A DNA stretch of 64,000 nt from Trichoplax adhaerens (taxonomy: Eukaryota > Animalia > Placozoa): the NCBI RefSeq assembly GCF_000150275.1, contig NW_002060947.1:157401-221400 (forward strand), given 5' to 3'. The notes beneath the pieces are model-generated. The model ran no database searches, was not told where the DNA came from, and was given only the letters and a program-made list of their open reading frames with translations. The position numbers and the translations under genes were made by a program. The first letter of the stretch is position 1. Each line of letters opens with the position of its first letter. Shown here one piece after another: positions 55,198 through 64,000 of this stretch.

Positions 55198-56470
55198 ATG
55201 GCCGAACACTTACGAATTGCTAATGCTACCAATGAAATTTATATTATTCCTGCTTATTATAAAACTTCGCTATTTTATACGATGATTATATTACTCATAA
55301 GTTCGTGTTTTTTAAACGGTATGAATATTTATTCAAAGTGTTATTCGAAAGAGGTTACTATGAAAAAAGTACTTTTAATTGGTCTAGCAACTTCCAATGT
55401 GTTATATACCGTTACAGTGTAAGTTATAAATTAATAAATCAGAATACGCTAAAGAGTATTATTCTTAAGAAGGTTAAAGGCACTTATATTCCTTTAGCAT
55501 CTATTAAGTTATGGTGTTCAATAAATTAATTAGTAGAAGTCGTATTAATGATATAATTTCTGTAATTTTCAGAGCTATGAATGTTATTGCTGCAACAATA
55601 ACTCAAGCTAATGGTCCGGTATTCGTATCAGGAACTTTTAGCTGTCGATTAGCATTTGCCAGTTTTGCTATTGCCAGCAACGGCTATATTTTGACATTGA
55701 CATTTATTACTCTGACAAGATACCTGTACACATGCCATCAAGGAATAATTATTACTCTGAAATGGATTTACTATACGATAGGAATAATCTGGTTAATTTC
55801 TATTGCAATAACGTTGCCCAGTTTATTAGGATTTTGGGGAAACTACCGATATTACATGGGGGTCGGTATTTGCATGATGTCTTTCAGGTGCCAGGATCAA
55901 GATGGTGTATCATTAAGCTACAAATTAACGGTTGGCTTGCTCTTTTACTTCCTTCCTTGGCTTGTAATGCTATATTGTTATCTATCCATTTATTCTGTTT
56001 ATCAAAAATTCTTTTATCCCCCTGCAAAGAAATTTTTCTGTTGTCGTTTAGGTATTATTAGATCTTTTTCAGATATAAGCGAAAGCTTTAACTGTAAGAA
56101 AGAATTTAGAAGGACGTTTTATTTCTTTATCGCTTGTCTGTTACATCTCATTACATTTTTACCTTATGCCATTTGGAACTTTTCACATATAACCAATACT
56201 GTCATTTCTTCATCTCTCTATCACTACTATGCACTTTTAATTATAACATCCACTCCTACAAGTATATTCAATCCAATTATCTTAATTGTGACGAGTAAAA
56301 TAGTTAGAAAGCAATTAGGCTGTTTTAAAAGAACCGCAGTGCCAGTTATTAATGTTCAGTCTGCAATATTATACGACGAAGTAGGAAGAGAAGATAGCCG
56401 TCTTACGCTAGAGTACCCAGGTTATTGTAATAGTTCCTTGGTAGTATATAGCAGCCAAAAAATAGAATAA
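55198..56470 (+). CDS. GPCR cluster gene 9, divergent class A 7TM receptor, 372 aa (exons 55198-55418, 55573-56470)
   Basis: AAG ATG G start. Donor GT|gtaagt at 55419, acceptor ttttcag at 55571-55572. Intron at the same TM2 codon as paralogs. Motifs CRL, TRY, LGFWGNYRY...C, FLPW, TFLP, FNPIIL. Confidence 0.88.
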
Positions 56471-57214
56471 GAAGTTATATTAGTAAGAAATTGATTATAG
56501 TTAGAAAGGCACCTATTTTGTTTCAGCTTAGTCTTAAAAAAGTGAGAATGTGTAACGGTAGCTTATCTTTCAATGGCAATTGCTGTAATTCACTTTATTA
56601 GCAAGACAAGAAATTTACAATCAAGGTATTAAAAGTTTAATTGATGGCCTATTACTGGCTAAAGTGAGTTCTCTTTTGACGGTATTGGTACTGACTACTA
56701 ATGCCAACGATAAGTAAACGGAATGATAATCATATTTCGTTTCATGAAATCTTTTTAGCAATTTCTTGTTTCTTTTGATATAATCGTCATTACAGTATAA
56801 AATATTCTAAAATTGATTATATTATTACTAGCCTTGAATAAATACAATCTGATTTATGCTAATAATATGCGCATAGATGTCTTACTGCTATACTTACCGT
56901 ATCAGATCTTTCAAAAACTATCGTTAGAATTCCATTTTACATGAGACTTAGTATGAGTGACAGATGTTCAATTGGGTATCGTTTTGCTTTCTATTTTAAT
57001 CTTAGTAATACTTGTACGTATACATTCTGTACTAACATTCAGGTCCAATCTATTTTCTCTATATTTATTAATCATTGCAATTAGCTTAAATTCCAGCCTG
57101 GAACTTATTTTAATAAATAAATAGGTTAACTTTTCGAAAGCACTAATGAACTTTCAATCGCTATTACAATTTTGGAATAACTTAGAAAGCGATTATTGAA
57201 GATAATTGCGCTCT

Positions 57215-57844
57215 TGTGACAGTGTTATATACTGTATTAGAATAGAAATATCTGTGTTAGGATAATTCTGTTAGCCTCTCCTTGTTTAGTTAACTTCTAA
57301 TTAGGATATACTGTGTTTTAATAGAGCTCTGACTTTTTATGATAGTGACATATATACGCATGCTGAAATTAATAGTTATAATAGGGAATGCAAGTCATCT
57401 ACTTACAGTTCGAATCATTTTGATTGTAATTTACTTATGGTACATTGTAAATTATCGTGGAAATGTTCCCTGATAGGACATATCGTAATCTGACTATTCT
57501 GTATGAGTCATCAGATGTCTATGTTCGTAAATACTGTTGTCTGCATTAAGGGAGCAGTAGCTAAAATTATTATCTAATTCAGTAAATGATTCCAATGTTA
57601 ATCGTACTAACTATAACTCATGAACTATTGAGGAATAGTATATAAATACAGTATATCGTATGATAAAGAGGATTCTTAAACTTAGTGTTTAACGTAAAAT
57701 ACGAGGCGTCTAAGTCTTTGTGTAGTCTACCAGTAGAGCAAAAGTGTTTGTGATAGTGCAGATATCGTTCCTTGATACGTGGTTCAAGGTATTGACTTAT
57801 TGATCGTACATTACGTTATCTTGTTGCAAAGCTGTTTTGTGACA
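57215..57844 (+). mobile_element. Solo-LTR-like element, family I (630 bp)
   Basis: Colinear with 39413-40042. TGTGACA...TGTGACA termini. Flanks GCTCT/ACTCT give a 4/5 TSD. Confidence 0.88.
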
Positions 57845-58073
57845 ACTCTATAATTACTGTTTAGTCATCTGCCGTGACATTAGATCTATAAAATACATAA
57901 ATGCTCACATACACTTTGATTTTTTGCTCAATTTTACGATTCAGTTTGGGTCAGTCACGAACTAGGATGCCGTGGAATTGAGCAATGCGAAGCAAATTGC
58001 TTGTGTGTAAAGCAGGTTAAGAAGGAGTAAATGGGTCTAAAGAACTTAAGAATTGCATATTGATATTACTGCC

Positions 58074-58625
58074 TGTAATATATACCAATCACGAAATTCC
58101 AAATCTTAGAAAAATAAGGGCTTTATTAGATCTTATACAAAGATTAACTACACGTAGCTCTACTCTAGCCGAATACTACTACCAAAGACTTCTAGAACGA
58201 ACTAACTGAATGATCTAAAGTTGCATGCTTTTATACTTTCCGTAGCATTCGCAGCTATAATCCGCATGGCAACCTTTTACCTTATTTTACACGTAGCTAA
58301 ATTATTCTTAGTAACACTATTCTACTGTGGACCATCAGTAATCCAATATGGATACGACTACAGTACTTACGTAGACATTATTCATACCAGCCAAAGTACA
58401 ATGAATTAACCATATCCTAATATATGATTTACAGTTCTATTTTTACCTATTGCCTTATTAGTAACTCAATACTTTACTGTATATAGTCATCTGTACTCTA
58501 GCATAGAGTCTATGCCACTACGGTCTATAGTTATGGCTACCAAGTATCTCTTAGGATAAATATCTACCGTATATTATACTAAACATGACTAACAGTCTAC
58601 AATCACATTACTAAGTTACATTACA
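58074..58625 (-). mobile_element. Solo-LTR-like element, family C (552 bp)
   Basis: Perfect 6-bp terminal inverted repeat TGTAAT...ATTACA. Perfect TSD CTGCC (58069-58073 and 58626-58630). Inverted homolog of 36830-37381. Confidence 0.88.
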
Positions 58626-60790
58626 CTGCCACAAATATTCAAGCATGTGTTGATTGTAGTTATTTATTCAATTTTACAATTTAATTTAGTTCAGTCACGT
58701 TGTGGGATTAAGTAGTGGACCGCAAATATCTTGTTTGCGCGGCCAGATGAGCAGTAAATGGGCTATAAATTTAAGTCTTTGGCAATAGATCTAGCTAACA
58801 GTTGACCTGGTGTCTAAGTCAGCAGTTATGTTCATCTAGTATTATGCAAATTGCGATCGAAATTTATGATAGCTATAGTAAATTATACAAGACTAAATTT
58901 AAAATATGGAGGCTTTCGAAATTTAGGACGATATCTATAGTTTCATCAGTTTTAACGCAATTTACGGGTAATGGGATAGTTATTTGCTAATACAAAAGTC
59001 TATCGCAGCTCGATGAGGTATAGCGCGAAACGCTAGCTATAAAACTATTAGTATTTTTCGGAATCTGACGATGATATGGTTTAAAATATCCTTACAGAGA
59101 TGTTAGCGTGTTTGAATGGGTTAACACAATAAGACATTTATAAGCAAGTCATAAAATACATTTAACTTTCCACTAAGATATTATTTTAAACTGAGATTTT
59201 TGCAAATAAATCATAGCTATAGTTAGCAAAGAAATTAATTGCAATTACTGCAGTTTACTTAAAAAATAATCGATCAGGATTCTTCGACCTACGTCGGAGG
59301 GCCTACCAATAAACATGCTGCCAAGGAAAACTAACTAAGCACTTAATTGATAGTCCATTCCTTATATACCGTTAGAGAATATAAACGGTGCACCGAAGAT
59401 GAATGGCTTAATGTAATCTATAGATGCTGGTTAAGGATTCAGATTAGAATATTCAATATAGATAAGTATACTGATAACTAATAACAACACCAATTAAAGC
59501 ACTAATTAATTCGTTAATTTGAGTTCCCGAGCTCAGCAAAAAATAGCAAGTAGCACAAGGTTCCCTATACATAGTGGTGTAAAGTACATAATTTCTCCAA
59601 TTTCTTATGCTTCCCGTAATAAACGATATGATAAGGTACGACCAGCGCTTTGTAATTGGTCATCAGAAGTTAATACTTATGATTTTGCTAACAACTAGCC
59701 ATTGTAGTCTACTATACCCTAATTCTTATAAACTAAATGGATTATGAATTTAAAACTCTTATAACGGAGTACGGTACTACGCCACATACCAGTGTGAACA
59801 TGACCGTATCTACCTACCTATCATCAGACAACAGTACATAGTAAAATTGGACGTAAAATTATTTTAAACTAACAACTTAGAATTAAAAATTGCATTAGTA
59901 TTAGGAGAAAACCTCAGTTTATTATAAATCTTTAAAAAAATCTTACAAAATCACTTAATAAAATAAAAAAGATAGGATTGCCGCTTTGAATAAACGAACT
60001 ATCAAATACACGACATCACGCACCACTTTGAGGAAAATACTAATCTTTATCTGCTTATTTCAATAACTTGAACTCTTAACTACCGAACTATGCTACCTTA
60101 TATATATATATGCATTATGCAGGGCAGTTGATAGTATCAGAGTATCAATTCATCACTCTAAAGCATCCTAATTAGGCTAATAATTAATTATATATAATAA
60201 GATAAATTCTATCCTAGATGCCCGAAATTACGATATAAATAATAATTATAGTTTAGCTATAAAATTAATCTTACTACGACACACAGAACCTAACTATGAA
60301 AATTCACTTAGGCTGATAGATCTTATTTTGAGTTAGAACCCAGATCAAAATCTTTTGAATTCATACTGCATTCAATTACAAAGTAAAATGACTAGTGCTG
60401 TATTTCATGATCAAAATTAGCTGCCAAGTTTATCATAATTGAAAAGCAAATATTATAATAACTAAATATATCATCAAATTGCAATTATTCTATGCATGAT
60501 TCATAATAAAATCATGTTACCGGATATTGACAAATTCTAAACCGAATAAAGAAGTCGGGTTAACAATATTTACATTCGTAGAATCATCAAATCAAAACAT
60601 ATTATCTATGTAAATTAATCACAATCACATGCTAAAGCACAAGATATATGAAGTATATATCTATCTGATAGTCTAAATGCAGTCTAATCACTAAACATCG
60701 CTAACTTCTCTACGGATGAGATAGCACCGTAATAACACAATCACTAATAGCATTTTGTTCAAAGTATAATCTGACTGCATCATATTTTAA

Positions 60791-60840
60791 NNNNNNNNNN
60801 NNNNNNNNNNNNNNNNNNNNNNNNNNNNNNNNNNNNNNNN
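60791..60840. other. Assembly gap (50 N)
   Basis: Run of N. Confidence 0.99.
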
Positions 60841-62418
60841 GACTTCCTAGGATACATGAAATATTGGCTATTTATGACGTACGTAAATTGGCTATTTTTG
60901 ACGTACGTGAGGCATATTCGAAATTTAAAAATTATTCACTTATTACTACAATAAATGGGTCTGATTGCCAGTTCTGGCAGCATTAATCAAGAGTAAAAAG
61001 TTGATCTCGAGCTACTACTACTATATAAAATAGTGTAAATTTATAGTATCCGAAAGAATCGACTAAATTGAAGTGGAATTTTACGTAAATAACGGAGAAT
61101 GACTAAATTGAATCCATGTAGACTTCCTAGGAATACTGTACATGAAATATTGGCTATTTATGACGTACGTAAATTGGCTATTTTTGACGTACTTAAGGCA
61201 TATTCGAAATTTAAAAATTATTCACTTATTACTACAATAAATGAGTTTGATTGACAGTTCTGGCAGCATTAATCAAGAGTAGAAAGTTGATCGAGCTACT
61301 ACTACTATATAAAATAGTGTAAATTTATAGTATCCGAAAGAATCGACTAAATTGAAGTGGAATTTTACGTAAATAACGGAGAATGACTAAATTGAATCCA
61401 TGTAGACTTCCTAGGAATACTGTACATGAAATATTGGCTATTTATGACGTATGTAAATTGGCTATTTTTGACGTACTTAAGGCATATTCGAAATTTAAAA
61501 ATTATTCACTTATTACTACAATAAATGAGTTTGATTGCCAGTTCTGGCAGCATTAATCAAGAGTAAAAAGTTGATCTCGAGCTACTACTACGATATAAAA
61601 TAGTGTAAATTTATAGTATCCGAAAGAATCGGCTAAAATTGAAGTGGAATTTTACATAAATAACGTAGAATGACTAAATTGAATCCATGTAGACTTCCTA
61701 GGAATACTGTACATGAAATATTGGCTATTTATGACGTACGTAAATTGGCTATTTTTGACGTACTTAAGGCATATTCGAAATTTAAAAATTATTCACTTAT
61801 TACTACAATAAATGAGTTTGATTGCCAGTTCTGGCAGCATTAATCAAGAGTAGAAAGTTGATCTCGAGCTACTACTACTATATAAAATAGTGTAAATTTA
61901 TAGTATCCGAAAGAATCGGCTAAATTGAAGTGGAATTTTACATAAATAACGGAGAATGACTAAATTGAATCCATGTAGACTTCCTAGGAATACTGTACAT
62001 GAAATATTGGCTATTTATGACGTACGTACATTAGCTATTTTTGACGTACTTAAGGCATATTCGAAATTTAAAAATTATTCACTTATTACTACAATAAATG
62101 AGTTTGATTGCCAGTTCTGGCAGCATTAATCAAGAGTAGAAAGTTGATCTCGAGCTACTACTACTATATAAAATAGTGTAAATTTATAGTATCCGAAAGA
62201 ATCGGCTAAACTTGAAGTGGAATTTTACGTAAATAACGGAGAATGACTAAATTGAATCCATATAGACTTCCTAGGAATACTGTACATGAAATATTGGCTA
62301 TTTATGACGTACGTACATTAGCTATTTTTGACGTACTTAAGGCATATTCGAAATTAAAAATTATTCACTTATTACTACAATAAATGAGTCTGATTGCCAG
62401 TTCCGGCAGGGTTAATCA
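60841..62418. repeat. Tandem satellite, ~286-bp unit, ~5.5 visible copies
   Basis: GACTTCCTAGGA starts at 60841, 61121, 61405, 61692, 61978 and 62265. Units are near-identical. The array abuts the gap. Confidence 0.97.
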
Positions 62419-62582
62419 TTAAGCTTATTCATGGATATACAACTGCTAAGTAGACGTTTTCCAAATATCATTTATACTATGGTATAATCGTATAAACCGA
62501 AGGGGCCTAATGAATCAAGCGTGTTCAATATATATAAATAAATATAATCCACATCAAGAAATGTAAACGTATTGGCTGAAGC

Positions 62583-63530
62583 ACAGTACAATACAGTATA
62601 CAGTACAGTACTGTACGCGTATAGGCAGTAATACAATAATATCATTAATTTATTTATGTATGAATTTGTTCCACTTGGTTCTAATACAATACAGTACTGT
62701 ATATCTGTCAGGAGATATCTATCCATTACGATGCAGGGACTGCTGAATGGAAGCGATTTCTTCTGGATACTAGTATCTAGAATCGAGATGGTAGAAGGGC
62801 AGTTTTTTTCTTCCCCAAGCTCATGGGTTGATGTCTGTCTCTCTTATTAAGGAGTCATTAGGAAGAAACTGTTGACACTTATGATCACGGTAAAGTTAAA
62901 GTTTAAGAGTTGTTTCCAAGGCATCGCAAACCTCGAATCAACCTATAGATGCTTTGGTTGTTTCCCATACTATGTACTATAGAACCGAGGCGAATGAATC
63001 GAATTCAGTAAGTCTGTCCCATCCGATGTCTCTGACTGCTATTACTGTACTGTACAGTGTACAGTCTATGTACAGTACATTGTACAGTACTGTAGTGGAG
63101 GGTAACACTACAGTATTTGAAAATTCCTACTGGGTGAGTATGGGATTACTGCCATTTCCAAATTGGGGGATCTCGAGGTATTTAGCATCGTGTTTAGTGC
63201 GGTAGTTTCAGCCAAGTAGCAGTAAGAACTTTTTACTTATAATAACTGGCGGGAATATAATGGGATTCGTAAGGACCATGCACTAACTGTAAAACAGTAC
63301 TACAGTAATTGTACTGTAGTTGTTCAGTAGCATGGCCTACAGTACAGTACAGTACAGTACTTCAACACTGGTGTTAGTCCGGTCACGCTACACTACAGTA
63401 TACTGTAGAGTACTGTACTGTACACTGTGTCCAATTGACTGTTGAAAAATGGTCCACTTGTACGACTGCGCATGTTCTACCTCACATGACTGTACTGTAC
63501 TGTGCGTACAGTCATGTGTGGTACTGTGCT
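62583..63530. repeat. Dense TACAG/CTGTA (TACAGTA) motif patches
   Basis: Clusters at ~62583-62616, 63043-63115, 63286-63425 and 63488-63527, e.g. TACAGTACAGTACAGTACAGTAC. Confidence 0.75.
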
Positions 63531-63590
63531 CGACGTGCACACAAACCAGTAAGACCTGCGCTACCCTTCAACGCATGAATAAAAACAAAG

Positions 63591-64000
63591 ATGGCTGCAT
63601 GCAGACTGCAGGTAATCCGATGGAGAAATTTCCATTCAATGCTAGGTGTATCTTATCGATATTTAAATAATAGAGGTACAAGCCATCATCCGAGCTTTTG
63701 TAGATATCTTCATTTTAGCTCGATCAAGTATGATAACAAAGAAATGAATGAGAAAGGAGAGAATAAAGCAACAGCTCCAAGCCTGAATACCACGGCTGGT
63801 CGTTTCGGATCCAAAATTCGACCTACCCCATTACAGTTACCTTTTGAAGAATTTATCACATTTCGTAAGAAATTAAAAGTCAGAAGTAGGATTGCCGGAG
63901 TTCCTTTTGGCCTGTTAGGTTTAACAGCTTCATCAATGGTATCAGCTTACATGCTTCCAAACATGTTTGATACACCACCGGATGAGATTCAACCGATACG
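63591..64000 (+). CDS. PAM17: Pam17-like mitochondrial import motor subunit precursor (5' part; runs off the window)
   Basis: Stop-free frame from AAG ATG GC at 63591 to the window end. MAACRLQVIRWRNFHSMLGVSYRYLNNRGTSHHPSFCRYLHFSS is an Arg-rich, acid-free presequence. It is followed by LPFEEFITFRKKLKVRSRIAGVPFGLLGLTASSMVSAYMLPNMFDTPPDEIQPI, resembling the Pam17 L-x-W-x-x-F-F-x-L-R-K block, TM1 and loop. Recognition is from memory, not a search. Confidence 0.72.
   Translation, partial: MAACRLQVIRWRNFHSMLGVSYRYLNNRGTSHHPSFCRYLHFSSIKYDNKEMNEKGENKATAPSLNTTAGRFGSKIRPTPLQLPFEEFITFRKKLKVRSRIAGVPFGLLGLTASSMVSAYMLPNMFDTPPDEIQPI

Noticed and set aside
2171-56470. Opsin identity for the cluster (WG-x-x-Y ECL2 resemblance)
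   Set aside because: Position 7.43, the retinal-binding Lys296 equivalent, is Tyr in most copies, Cys in gene 1 and Thr in gene 9. No lysine is present.
3341-58990. Remaining 60-90 aa intergenic ORFs (e.g. 3341, 5583, 11542, 17227, 17914, 20284, 22238, 22696, 25882, 40638, 42290, 51447, 58802)
   Set aside because: They have AT-driven I/L/F/K/Y composition, mostly non-ATG starts, and no domains or splice context.
60841-62418. CRISPR array, 5S/tRNA array or retrozyme
   Set aside because: Whole units repeat with no unique spacers. No cloverleaf, 5S or CTGANGA/GAAA core is recognisable on either strand, and the context is eukaryotic.
63449-63670. Track ORFs 63449-63670, 62954-63205, 62656-62850 and 62472-62726
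   Set aside because: They are largely produced by stop-poor TACAG repeats. The credible frame starts at ATG 63591.

Overview
AT-rich eukaryotic (animal) genomic DNA with spliceosomal GT-AG introns. Composition, the TACAGTA motif and the receptor expansion suggest an early-branching animal such as a placozoan, but this is inference only. Most of the window (2.2-56.5 kb) is a tandem cluster of class A (rhodopsin-like) GPCR genes. Eight + strand paralogs share a two-coding-exon structure with a phase-2 intron at the same TM2 codon (only the acceptor side is visible for the first gene). Five look intact and three are pseudogenes, one of them interrupted by an LTR-type insertion just after the NPW motif. 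An unrelated intronless peptide-receptor-like GPCR sits on the - strand. The + strand family has systematically lost several canonical class A microswitches. Intergenic and intronic DNA carries several families of 350-630 bp TG...CA elements with 5-bp target-site duplications (solo-LTR-like, one nested in another). After a 50-N gap comes a ~286-bp satellite, then a TACAGTA-rich region. The window ends in the 5' part of a gene missed by the ORF track, encoding a mitochondrial presequence plus a Pam17-like domain. Pam17 is usually described as a fungal TIM23/PAM subunit.
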